Source of the DNA: Acidimicrobiaceae bacterium
Lineage (GTDB): Bacteria > Actinomycetota > Acidimicrobiia > Acidimicrobiales > Aldehydirespiratoraceae
Reading direction: 5' to 3'
Length of the DNA: 64,000 nucleotides
NCBI GenBank assembly: GCA_018699415.1
Contig: JABIQM010000086.1
Location: forward strand, 2,449-66,448
The notes under the pieces were generated by a model, which was not told the DNA's origin, did no database searches, and was given only the letters and a program-made list of their open reading frames with translations. This document shows positions 1 to 8,704 of this stretch, piece by piece. Both the position numbers and the translations under genes were made by a program. Each line of letters opens with the position of its first letter. Position 1 is the first letter of the stretch.

Positions 1-709
1 GGTTGTGAAAGCCCTGTAGTGGGTTCTGGGTGGGATCGGGGGCGTAGTGCTTTGGCGTGTTGTAGCCGATGAGGATCAGTTCAGCGCCGCCGAGAGCGAG
101 ACAGCGGTACGTCTCTGACCAACGGCGGTCGTTGCACGTGGCCATCCCGACCACGCCGCCAAACGCCTCAAAGGTGGGGAAGTCGTCGCCGGGCTCAAAG
201 TAGCGGCGCTCAAGGTGTTGGAACTCGCGCCACGGCTCATGCTCGCGATGACCGGGCAGGTGGACCTTGTGGTACTTGCCGACGATGGAACCGTCTCGTT
301 CCACAAGGATCTGGGTGTTGTACCGATGGCCGTCCGGCGTGAGCTCGGCATAGCCGAGCGCGAAACCGATGCCGAGTTCTTTAGCGCGGTCGAAAAGCGG
401 TTGTGTGTCGGGGCCTGGCATCTCGGTCTCGTAGAACGAGTCGAGCGTGAGGTCGTCCTCTCCCTCCACATACCAGCGTGGAAAGAACGTGGTCAGCGTG
501 AGCTCGGGGTAGACGATGAGTTCGACCTTGTTGTGCCCAGCCTCCTCGAGCAGCAAGAGCATGCGGTTGACGACGCTCACCCGGGACTCGTGCCGGGCAA
601 TTGGCCCCATCTGGCCGGCCGCGATTCGCAACGGCCGACTGGCGGGACTCTTATGAGCGCCAGCCGACGCTGAATCAGGATCGTGGGTGGCGTTGAGCCG
701 AGCGATCAT
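1..709 (-). CDS. N-carbamoyl-D-amino-acid hydrolase-like carbon-nitrogen hydrolase (nitrilase superfamily); 3' part lies outside the window
   Basis: Not in the ORF track because it is open to the window edge. Hand translation of the minus strand from ATG at 709 gives MIARLNATHDPDSASAGAHKSPASRPLRIAAGQMGPIARHESRVSVVNRMLLLLEEAGHNKVELIVYPELTLTTFFPRWY...GKYHKVHLPGH...GGVVGMATCNDRRW. This shows the Glu/Lys/Cys (CNDRRW) triad context typical of D-carbamoylases. The ATG overlaps the TGA of the upstream gene (ATGA). Confidence 0.8.
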   Translation of the reverse strand, partial: MIARLNATHDPDSASAGAHKSPASRPLRIAAGQMGPIARHESRVSVVNRMLLLLEEAGHNKVELIVYPELTLTTFFPRWYVEGEDDLTLDSFYETEMPGPDTQPLFDRAKELGIGFALGYAELTPDGHRYNTQILVERDGSIVGKYHKVHLPGHREHEPWREFQHLERRYFEPGDDFPTFEAFGGVVGMATCNDRRWSETYRCLALGGAELILIGYNTPKHYAPDPTQNPLQGFHN

Positions 710-1968
710 GAGTGAGCAAGCTCCAGCATCACATGAAGGAGGACGTTGGCGCCCGCCTCAAGGTCTGAGGGTGCGGTGTATTCGGCGGGGTTGTGTGAGA
801 TGCCGTCGACGCTCGGCACGAAAACCATGCCGGTCGGGCAAATGCGAGAGAGCATCTGGGCGTCGTGACCGGCGCCTGAGGGCATTCGCATCACGCTCAA
901 GCCCTGAGTCGTAGCGGTGTCTGCGACGAGATCGATGACATGGTCGTCGAAGACCACGGGATCGAACCGGGCAAGGGTGCGTGTCTGAAGGGCGACGTTC
1001 TCTGCCGCTGCTGCGGTGTGCAGGAACTCGTCGACGCGGCGTTCAGCTTCGAGTAGGACAGCGTTGTCGGTGTGGCGAATGTCGATGGTGAACGTGGCGC
1101 TGGCGGGTACCACGTTGATGAGGTTGGGGTGTAGCTCGATGCGGCCAACGGTGCCGACCTGTGGATGGCCCAGTTCGAGTGCCAGCTCCCGAACGAATGC
1201 GGCGGTTTGGAAGGCGACGAGGCCCGGGTCTTTTCGCAGCGCCATCGGTGTGGTTCCAGCGTGATTGGACTCACCTGTGACTTCGACTTCTGTCCAACTG
1301 ATGCCCTGGACACCGGTGACGGCACCGATGTTGATGCCTTCGGATTCGAGGACAGGACCCTGCTCAACGTGCAGTTCGACGAATGCGTGCGGCGCTGCAG
1401 CGGGGAGTGGGGCCGGGCCGAGATAGCCGATTCGTGCGAGTTCTTCGCCCAAGATGGCACCGTCGATTGACTCAATTCCGTGGGCCTCTTCGACGGACAT
1501 GCCGCCGACGTAAACGAGGCTGCCGAGCATGTCCGGGGGGAAGCGGGCTCCTTCTTCATCGCTGAAGAAGCCGACGGCGAGAGGACGATGCGGCGTGACG
1601 TCGGCAGTGCGGAGGGTTTCGATAATCTCGAGCCCGGCGAGCACGCCGAGGTTTCCGTCATAACGGCCACCGGTGCGGACGGTGTCGATGTGGCTGCCAC
1701 ACATGACGGGCGCGCCCTCGGTCGCTCCGGCCATCACACCAATCACATTGCCGATCGCATCGATGCTGATGTCAAGGTCGAGGTCGCGCATCCAGCCGAC
1801 AACAAGGTTGCGTCCACGCTTGTCCTCATCGGTCAAGGCGAGGCGTGCGCAGCCTTCGGTCCCCTCAATTGCCCCGATTTCTGCAAGTGCGCCGAGGCGG
1901 TCGATAAGGCGATCGATATCGATTCGAAGATCGTTCGTTTGCAGATTCTTTGCCTTCACGTTTGTCAT
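706..1968 (-). CDS. M20-family Zn-dependent amidase (N-carbamoyl-L-amino-acid hydrolase / allantoate amidohydrolase type)
   Basis: 420-aa ORF with GSHIDTVRTGGRYDGNLGVLAGLE and SGAGHDAQ motifs typical of AmaB/AllC/HyuC-type M20 amidases. Confidence 0.85.
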   Translation of the reverse strand: MTNVKAKNLQTNDLRIDIDRLIDRLGALAEIGAIEGTEGCARLALTDEDKRGRNLVVGWMRDLDLDISIDAIGNVIGVMAGATEGAPVMCGSHIDTVRTGGRYDGNLGVLAGLEIIETLRTADVTPHRPLAVGFFSDEEGARFPPDMLGSLVYVGGMSVEEAHGIESIDGAILGEELARIGYLGPAPLPAAAPHAFVELHVEQGPVLESEGINIGAVTGVQGISWTEVEVTGESNHAGTTPMALRKDPGLVAFQTAAFVRELALELGHPQVGTVGRIELHPNLINVVPASATFTIDIRHTDNAVLLEAERRVDEFLHTAAAAENVALQTRTLARFDPVVFDDHVIDLVADTATTQGLSVMRMPSGAGHDAQMLSRICPTGMVFVPSVDGISHNPAEYTAPSDLEAGANVLLHVMLELAHS

Positions 1969-1980
1969 CGTCCGAACAAT

Positions 1981-1995
1981 TTAACAAACTGTCAA
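1981..1995. promoter_or_regulatory. AT-rich near-palindromic operator candidate TTAACAAACTGTCAA in the 30-bp divergent gap
   Basis: Lies between the divergent start codons at 1968 and 1999. Matches TTTACAAAGTGTAAA at 8654-8668 at 12 of 15 positions. Confidence 0.35.
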
Positions 1996-1998
1996 GCA

Positions 1999-2517
1999 AT
2001 GCAGGGAACCAACAAACCAAAACCTCCGAGCGAGGATGGCCGCATCGTGCGCGCGGAGTTCCTTATCGAGCCATTTGTGGAGGGTTCCCCGGGCCCTCAC
2101 GTGAAGGCTGCGCTGGAGGCGTGCCGGGCCGCAGGTTTCGAACCCGACGTCGGAGCTTTCGCCACCACGATTGACGGATCGTTTGATGACGTCATCACAG
2201 CCGTTGATCAGTTGGTGCGTGCTGCATACGAAAACGGTGCCTCTGCGGTTCAGGTGCGCGTTGGCGAGCCCGAAGCCGCTGCCCGCTTCAGCAACCTGCA
2301 CGATGCCCTTGCACGCATGGTGGGAGCGGTCGAAGATGAACTCGGTTCGCCGCTCGCCGACCTCGGGCGAGGGGGCAAGCAGGCCGCAGTACGGATCCTC
2401 GATGAACGTGGCGCCTTTCTTCTTCGCAAGGCCGTTGAAGCGGTCGGCGAGATCATGGGCGTAAGCCGAATCACGATTTACAACTATCTCAACGCTGTCG
2501 ACAGGGCCGCTGAATGA
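1999..2517 (+). CDS. DUF77 (MTH1187/YkoF-like) domain fused to a C-terminal helix-turn-helix; possible regulator
   Basis: Track ORF 1480-2517 trimmed to the in-frame ATG at 1999, the first one downstream of the divergent gene. The N-terminal part (AEFLIEPFVEGSPGPHVKAALE...FATTIDGSFDDVITAVDQLVRAAYENGASAVQVRV) resembles the MTH1187/YkoF fold. The C-terminus (GEIMGVSRITIYNYLN) is HTH-like. Confidence 0.6.
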   Translation: MQGTNKPKPPSEDGRIVRAEFLIEPFVEGSPGPHVKAALEACRAAGFEPDVGAFATTIDGSFDDVITAVDQLVRAAYENGASAVQVRVGEPEAAARFSNLHDALARMVGAVEDELGSPLADLGRGGKQAAVRILDERGAFLLRKAVEAVGEIMGVSRITIYNYLNAVDRAAE

Positions 2518-3878
2518 CCGATCTCCTGATCCGCAACGCGGCACTTGTGGCCACTGTCGATGCCGAACGTCGCGAACTCGCCGGTGGATGGGTTGCGGTG
2601 ACCGACGGGCTGGTATCGGGCGTTGGCTCGTCGACAGACCCAGAGCCGGTGGCAGCTCGCATGATTGATGCCGACGGATGCCTGGTCACGCCCGGCCTCG
2701 TCAACACGCACCACCACCTCTACCAGAACCTCACGCGGGCCTATACACCGATGACATCTGCCCCGCTGTTTGGGTGGCTGCAGGCGTTGTACCCGTTGTG
2801 GACCGCAGCGATCGATGAAGAATCGGAGTTCCTGGCCGCCTGGGTCGGCTTGGCCGAACTCGCACTCAGTGGCTGCACTACGTCGAGCGACCATCACTAT
2901 TTGCATCCGCCTCGAGCCGGAGACTTGCTGGGGGCAGAGATAGCGGCCGCCGTCGATCTCGGGATGCGGTTCCACCCGACCTATGGCTCGATGAGTGTGT
3001 CGGTGAAGGACGGCGGCCTGCCGCCCGACAATGCCGTTCGTGACGAAGACGACATCCTCGCCGAGTCAGAACGTCACGTTGCCCGTCATCACGACTCGAG
3101 CCATGGTTCGATGGTGCAGATTGCTCTGGCCCCGTGCTCACCGTTTTCGGTGTCGACCGACTTGATGGTCCGCAGCGCGGAGTTGGCCGAGCGGCTTGAT
3201 GTGCGCTTGCACACGCATCTGGCTGAGAACAGCGAAGACGACGAGTTTGCTGTTGCTACATTCGGCATGCGCCCAGTCGACTACTACGAGCACTGTGGCT
3301 GGATGACCGACCGCACATGGGGTGCGCATGTGGTGATGCCCAATCAGGACGAGGTCGGCCGTCTGGGCTCTGCCGGTGTGGGAATCGCCCACTGCCCGAG
3401 CTCCAACATGATCCTGTCGTCAGGCATTGCTCCCGTGGTTGACATGCACCACGCCGGTTGTCATGTCGGCCTCGGCTGCGACGGCTCGTCCTCGGCTGAC
3501 TCCGCCTCGCTCTGGCAAGAGGCTCGGCTGTCGATGTTGGCGGGCAAGCTCAAGTCCGGTGCCGACAAGATGACCGCTCGGCTCGCGTTGGAGATCGCCA
3601 CCAGAGGTGGGGCCGGCTGCCTCGGACGAGTTGGTGAGATCGGTGAACTATCGGTTGGAGCGGTTGGCGACGTTGCCGTGTGGAAGATGGACGGCCCGGT
3701 CTTTGCCGGTGTCCTCGACGATCTAATTGAGGGTTGGCTGCGTTGTGGCCCGACCGCGGCATGGCACACGATTGTGGCCGGTCGTCCCGTCGTCGAGAAC
3801 GGACTTCTCATGTCCCCAAAGCTCGACGAGATGTTGGCCGACCATCGCGTCGCCGCTCGCCGCTTCCAGCCGGTGTAG
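2514..3878 (+). CDS. Amidohydrolase-superfamily deaminase, 8-oxoguanine deaminase-like
   Basis: 454 aa. N-terminal LLIRNAALVATVD...VTPGLVNTHHHLYQNLTR metal-binding motif, plus the later HLAE and HC/DG motifs typical of guanine/8-oxoguanine/cytosine deaminase relatives. Start overlaps the previous stop by 4 nt. Confidence 0.75.
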   Translation: MTDLLIRNAALVATVDAERRELAGGWVAVTDGLVSGVGSSTDPEPVAARMIDADGCLVTPGLVNTHHHLYQNLTRAYTPMTSAPLFGWLQALYPLWTAAIDEESEFLAAWVGLAELALSGCTTSSDHHYLHPPRAGDLLGAEIAAAVDLGMRFHPTYGSMSVSVKDGGLPPDNAVRDEDDILAESERHVARHHDSSHGSMVQIALAPCSPFSVSTDLMVRSAELAERLDVRLHTHLAENSEDDEFAVATFGMRPVDYYEHCGWMTDRTWGAHVVMPNQDEVGRLGSAGVGIAHCPSSNMILSSGIAPVVDMHHAGCHVGLGCDGSSSADSASLWQEARLSMLAGKLKSGADKMTARLALEIATRGGAGCLGRVGEIGELSVGAVGDVAVWKMDGPVFAGVLDDLIEGWLRCGPTAAWHTIVAGRPVVENGLLMSPKLDEMLADHRVAARRFQPV

Positions 3879-4026
3879 GTATGAGTGACCTGGTAGCCCG
3901 GTCGCTGGCCACCACATCCTCGAACAGGTTTGGGAGCGCGTCCTCGCGCAGCGCGCTAGCGGCCGTCTTTGATTGAGATGCAGCACGGGTTGAACTCGAA
4001 CGCTCCAACTTCTCTACGATCGGGCA

Positions 4027-4938
4027 ATGAGAGCAAGATACGAACGATTTCGGGTTCGGGTTAGTGGTGGCGAGATCACGTGTGGTCGGTGGGGTACGGG
4101 TGACACGGTTGTTGTGGCATCGCACGGCATCACCGCGAATCATTTGTCATGGCAGGCGGTTGCGGAGCTTGTGGTCGAGCGCAGCGATGACTCGGTGTCT
4201 CTCGTCGCGCTTGATCACCGTGGACGGGCCGGATCAGCCGATACGCCGGGTCCATTCGGGTTGCAGGCTCACGCTGACGACCTCGTTGCCGTACTCGATC
4301 ATCTCGGTTTGGAAACGGCGACCCTTGCCGGGCACTCGCTCGGCGGGTTCATCATCGCCAACGCCGCTGAGCGTCATCCCGCTCGTGTCGAGCGACTGGT
4401 GCTTGTCGACGGTGGCGTGCCGTTCCCGAGCGCTGGCCCTCCGCCCAACCCGGCCACGGTCGATGTCGAGGCCGTGGTTCAAGCCGTGATCGGCCCGGCC
4501 CTCGATCGGCTCGACATGCGTTGGCCCGACGAGGACTCCTATGTCGACTTCTTCCGTGCTCACCCCGCGTTCCAACTGCCGAACGAGTGGACCGCTGGGG
4601 TCGAGGACTATGTCCGCTACGACGCCGTCGCGACCCCTGAGGGTGAGATCCGCTCGTCGGTCAACAAGGAGGCGGTCCTCGTCGACGGCGGTTCCGCGAT
4701 TGTTGACCCCGCGGCCGCAGCCGCCATTGAGCGGATCCTCACGCCGACGACCTGGGTCTGGTGTCCTCGGGGTCTCCTTGACCAGACGCCCGGGCTGTTC
4801 CCGCCGGAGCATGTCGAGGAGCAAGCCGGCCGACTCGCGCACGTCACGCCCTTGTTCGCTGCCGACACGAACCACTACACGATCGTCACCGCCGATTTTG
4901 GTGCCGGCATCGTCGCCGACGTGATCCTCGGAAAGTAA
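4027..4938 (+). CDS. alpha/beta-fold hydrolase
   Basis: 303 aa with GHSLGG nucleophile elbow and HG oxyanion-region motif (VVASHGITANH). Confidence 0.8.
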   Translation: MRARYERFRVRVSGGEITCGRWGTGDTVVVASHGITANHLSWQAVAELVVERSDDSVSLVALDHRGRAGSADTPGPFGLQAHADDLVAVLDHLGLETATLAGHSLGGFIIANAAERHPARVERLVLVDGGVPFPSAGPPPNPATVDVEAVVQAVIGPALDRLDMRWPDEDSYVDFFRAHPAFQLPNEWTAGVEDYVRYDAVATPEGEIRSSVNKEAVLVDGGSAIVDPAAAAAIERILTPTTWVWCPRGLLDQTPGLFPPEHVEEQAGRLAHVTPLFAADTNHYTIVTADFGAGIVADVILGK

Positions 4939-4945
4939 CGCGGGA

Positions 4946-7186
4946 TCAGACCCCAGCGTTGCGGAGGCCTGCCATCACTCGGCTGGGGGTGAGCGGGAAC
5001 GCGTCGAACCAAACGCCGGTGGCGTCATGGACGGCCGCGGTGACTGCGGGCGCGTAGGTGATGAATGGCATCTCGGCGACGCCTCGGGCACCGAACGGGC
5101 CGAGCGGATCGGCGAGCTCAAGGATCTGTGATTCGACCTCGGTCGGGATATCGCCGATGCCGGGGATCAGATAGCCCGATAGCCGAGGGTTGGTGATGAA
5201 CCCATCGCTGATCTGAAGGTCCTCGCTCAGCACGTAACCCTGGGCCTGGACCACGCCGCCCTCGACCTGACCTCGAAGCATGCGGGGGTTGATGGCGCGG
5301 CCGACGTCATGGGTGGAGATGACCCGGTCGACCCGGATATGACCGGTGCCGATATCGACGGTGACCTCGACGGCTTGCGCCATGTACGCGTAAGAGAAGT
5401 TGGGTTGGCCCTTGCCGGTCTGCTCATCGAGGGCCTCTGTCGGTGGCGGGGTGTAGCGGAACCTGCCGATGGCTGGCCGTTCGCCATCACGCCACGCCTT
5501 GTCGGCCTCCTCGGACGCGCCGAGAATCGAGTTTCCGGACATGAAGGTCAACCGACTCGCCGACGCAGAGCCGGGGTCGCCGGAGGTCGCTGTGTCGGAG
5601 AAATGGCCTCGCACCTGATCAAGCGGCACGCCTGTGGCCTCGGCAGTCATCTGGCGCATGGCGAGATGGTTGCCTTGGCCGACTTCAGCAGCGCCATGGA
5701 AGAGGTCGGCCGAGGTCGGTTCCTCGCCGTCGCCGTGAAGATGGATCTCGGCCTCGCATCGCTCGGGGAAACCGAATGAGAAGCCAACGTTTTTGAAGCT
5801 TGTTGCAAAACCGCGCCCGCGGCGAATTGCGTCCAGCTTGGATGGCAATGTGGCAATCGGTGCGAACGGCTTGACCTCGCCCATCGGCTCGCTGAACCCG
5901 GCCCGGTTGGCGCATGCAGAAATGACCTCGACTGCGGTAACACCGTCAGGTAGCAGAGCCTGAGTAATGCCTTCATCACCGTCGACAACGGCATTGAGGA
6001 GTCGTAGTTCAACGGGGTTGATCTCCAAGGCCTCCGCGAGCTTGTTCATCGATGATTCGATGGCGAATGCTCCCTGTGGGCCACCAAATCCGCGGAATGC
6101 TCCGCCAGGCACTGTGGTGGTGTAGACGACGCGGCTGTCGATACGGGCGTTGGGAACCCGATACGAACCGCCGACAGATAGGTGGGTGTTGCCCAGCACC
6201 TTGTTGGACGTGTAGTTGTACGCCCCAGCATCAAGGGTGACATCGGCTTCAAGGGCGGTGATGATGCCGTTGTTCGTGGCGCCGAGCCGAACGTGGATCT
6301 GGCCCCGGTGGCGCTTGTGGTGACCGACAATCGATTCTTCGCGTGACCATCGGCAGTGAATCGGGCGGTGCTCGCCCCGTTCGGCGAGCCGCATTGCCGC
6401 CAGGCCAAGCACGATCTGGATGGACATGTCCTCTTTGCCCCCGAAGGCGCCACCGATTGCCTTATAGATGATCCGTACCTGTTCATCGGGCAAACCCAGG
6501 ACATGAGCTACTTGTGCGCGGTCTTCAGAGGTCCACTGGCCACCACCCTCAATGGTCACCCGACCTTCATCGTCGATATAGGCGGTGCCTGCCTCGGGTT
6601 GCAGGTAGGCGTGCTCCTGATGGGGGACCATGTAGGTGTCATCGATCACGATGTCGGCCTCGGCCCAACCGGCGGCGAGGTCGCCTTTTCGGATCTTCAA
6701 CGGGTTGTAGGCATTCGTCGGCAAACCGTTTTCCGGGTGCAGCAACGGAGCGTCGGCGGCGAGCGCGTCATCGATCGAGGCGACGAGCGGGAGGTCTTCC
6801 CAGTCCACCTCAAGCGCCGCAGCACCAGCACTGGCCGCAGCACGTGTCTCACCGATCACAACCGCGATCTGGTCCGCTTCCCATCGACTGATCGCGCCGT
6901 CGACGCCGGCAACGCCCGTGTGGTCGGCGCCGACGAGTGCGGGCTGATCGGACATCGTGAGGCCATACTCGTTAACCGGCGCGTCGCGGGCCGTGATGAC
7001 GTCGACGACCCCCGTCACTGAGCGGGTTGCATCGGTCGACATTGACAACATGCGAGCGTGAGGCTTCCCCGAAAATACGATCACTGCATGTAATGCGTTG
7101 TTGGCAACGGCATCGCCGGCGTACTCCATCGACCCATCGGCTTTGGGTGCAGCATCGTGGCGAACGGGGGATTGACCGACGCTCAT
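4946..7186 (-). CDS. Xanthine dehydrogenase family, molybdopterin-binding large subunit
   Basis: 746 aa with aldehyde oxidase/xanthine dehydrogenase a/b-hammerhead and Mo-binding signatures (GGAFGGKE, GGFRGFGGPQ, AEVGQG...). 4-nt overlap with the upstream FAD/FeS gene. Confidence 0.9.
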   Translation of the reverse strand: MSVGQSPVRHDAAPKADGSMEYAGDAVANNALHAVIVFSGKPHARMLSMSTDATRSVTGVVDVITARDAPVNEYGLTMSDQPALVGADHTGVAGVDGAISRWEADQIAVVIGETRAAASAGAAALEVDWEDLPLVASIDDALAADAPLLHPENGLPTNAYNPLKIRKGDLAAGWAEADIVIDDTYMVPHQEHAYLQPEAGTAYIDDEGRVTIEGGGQWTSEDRAQVAHVLGLPDEQVRIIYKAIGGAFGGKEDMSIQIVLGLAAMRLAERGEHRPIHCRWSREESIVGHHKRHRGQIHVRLGATNNGIITALEADVTLDAGAYNYTSNKVLGNTHLSVGGSYRVPNARIDSRVVYTTTVPGGAFRGFGGPQGAFAIESSMNKLAEALEINPVELRLLNAVVDGDEGITQALLPDGVTAVEVISACANRAGFSEPMGEVKPFAPIATLPSKLDAIRRGRGFATSFKNVGFSFGFPERCEAEIHLHGDGEEPTSADLFHGAAEVGQGNHLAMRQMTAEATGVPLDQVRGHFSDTATSGDPGSASASRLTFMSGNSILGASEEADKAWRDGERPAIGRFRYTPPPTEALDEQTGKGQPNFSYAYMAQAVEVTVDIGTGHIRVDRVISTHDVGRAINPRMLRGQVEGGVVQAQGYVLSEDLQISDGFITNPRLSGYLIPGIGDIPTEVESQILELADPLGPFGARGVAEMPFITYAPAVTAAVHDATGVWFDAFPLTPSRVMAGLRNAGV

Positions 7187-8637
7187 GTGACGTTCACCGC
7201 TGCAGTTCGGATGGCTTGGATGATGGGGTAATAGCCGGTGCAGCGACAGAGGTTTCCGGAGAGGCCGAGCCGGATCTCATCGTCGGTTGGGTCGCTCATC
7301 TCCTCGAGTAAGGCGGTACCGGTGACAATGAATCCTGGAATGCAGAATCCGCACTGCACAGCGAACTCATCGATGAATGCTTTCTGGATTCTGTGGGGGT
7401 CGTCAGGCCCGGGAGCGACCCCTTCAACGGTGACGATCTCTGCACCGGTGGCTTGGGCAGCATTGACAAGACAGCTCATGACATTGCGGCCGTTGAGCTG
7501 CACGGTGCATGCGCCACACTCGCCTTCTGCGCACCCTTCCTTGGTGCCGGTGAGGCTGGCCTCGTCACGTAGCCAGTCGAGCAGATTCGCAGATGCTGCG
7601 CCGGGCGCGGTGAACCGTTGACCATTGAGGGTCACAACGATTTCGGTGGTGTCGCTGATCGACGCCATGTCCTCTGAACAAGGCCGGTCGTGTGAGGTCA
7701 CCGTCAAGCAGACGGGTCGAGCAGGCCATGCGGCAGCGGAGAGGCCTTCCCGGATGGCGGTGAGAGCCCGAGTGATCAAGGTGGGGATGGTGTCGACGCG
7801 ATACGTCGCTGTCGCTCTCACGTCATCGAGCGGAGAGACGGCGTCGGCTGCGGCTTCAGCAGCTTGTTTGATCGCGTCGTCGGTGAGTCGCGAGCCGATC
7901 AATGCGGCCGCCGCCTCTGGGAGAAGGACGACGCGTGCTGCGACACTCCCGATCGCTATCCGTGCTCCGCGCACGATGCCGACAACATCTCGGTCGACAA
8001 CGATCCCGAGATGCACAACCGAGATGGCCTGGGCGGAGCGGTTGCCCAGCTTTACCCAGATGCCGTCCTCGGGTGACGACATTGCAGGAAACTCAATTGT
8101 GGTGATGAGTTCGCCTGGCTCGATGTCGGTTGTGCGAAAACCGGTAACGAAGTCGTCGAGTGGGAGTGTGCGCTCGCCTGAGAGGGACGCCAGCGTGACG
8201 GTGGCATCGAGCGCTAGTAGAGCTGAGATGGTGTCGTTGGCTGGACTGGCGGTTGCGATGTTGCCGGCAATGGTGGCTCGGTTGCGTAGCTGTGGCGAGC
8301 CGATCTCGAGACATGCCTGAGCGAGAGGTAGGCCGACTGTCGGGAGTTCGGGATGGGAGATGACTTCGTTGTGCGTCATTCCGGCGCCGATACGGACGCG
8401 GCCATCGTTGATCGTGATGCCGCGTAGTTCGGCGAGGCCGCTGAGGTCGAGCAACATGACCGGCTCACCCGGCCCGCCCCGGTGGAGATCGAGAAGGAGA
8501 TCAGTGCCGCCCGCGATCGGCTGAACAGCAGGGTTTGCCGCCAAAATCTCGAGAGCGTGGGTGAGGCTGCGAGGGCGTTCGACGGCCTGTACAACTCGAC
8601 CTAGTTCCTGAACGGGGTGCAGTTGACTGGCAGTCAT
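7183..8637 (-). CDS. Fused FAD-binding (CoxM-like) and [2Fe-2S]-binding (CoxS-like) subunit of a xanthine dehydrogenase family enzyme
   Basis: 484 aa. The N-terminal part has a PIAGGTDLLLDL FAD-binding motif. The C-terminal part has GCAEGECGACTV, CGFCIPG and LCRCTGY cluster motifs. Domain order is FAD then FeS. Confidence 0.9.
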   Translation of the reverse strand: MTASQLHPVQELGRVVQAVERPRSLTHALEILAANPAVQPIAGGTDLLLDLHRGGPGEPVMLLDLSGLAELRGITINDGRVRIGAGMTHNEVISHPELPTVGLPLAQACLEIGSPQLRNRATIAGNIATASPANDTISALLALDATVTLASLSGERTLPLDDFVTGFRTTDIEPGELITTIEFPAMSSPEDGIWVKLGNRSAQAISVVHLGIVVDRDVVGIVRGARIAIGSVAARVVLLPEAAAALIGSRLTDDAIKQAAEAAADAVSPLDDVRATATYRVDTIPTLITRALTAIREGLSAAAWPARPVCLTVTSHDRPCSEDMASISDTTEIVVTLNGQRFTAPGAASANLLDWLRDEASLTGTKEGCAEGECGACTVQLNGRNVMSCLVNAAQATGAEIVTVEGVAPGPDDPHRIQKAFIDEFAVQCGFCIPGFIVTGTALLEEMSDPTDDEIRLGLSGNLCRCTGYYPIIQAIRTAAVNVT

Positions 8638-8653
8638 TTGGCGTGATCCTTCA

Positions 8654-8668
8654 TTTACAAAGTGTAAA
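8654..8668. promoter_or_regulatory. Inverted repeat TTTACAaagTGTAAA upstream of the xdh-type operon
   Basis: 6-bp perfect arms with a 3-bp spacer, beginning 17 nt upstream of the minus-strand start at 8637. AT-rich in a GC-rich context. Related to the site at 1981-1995. Confidence 0.4.
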
Positions 8669-8704
8669 GCACGCGAACTGGTTTGGAGAAGACACCCGCC
8701 ATGT

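Noticed and set aside
76-673. Track ORFs 76-471 (-) and 215-673 (+)
   Set aside because: Both lie within the better-supported minus-strand nitrilase-superfamily gene (frame starting at 709), whose translation shows clear catalytic motifs. The listed ORFs are Arg/Ser/Thr-rich or antisense-like shadow frames typical of GC-rich DNA.
1480-1998. N-terminal 173 codons of track ORF 1480-2517 (+)
   Set aside because: This part lies antisense inside the M20 amidase gene and has no recognisable domain. The DUF77-like sequence begins right after the ATG at 1999, which sits just past the divergent gene.
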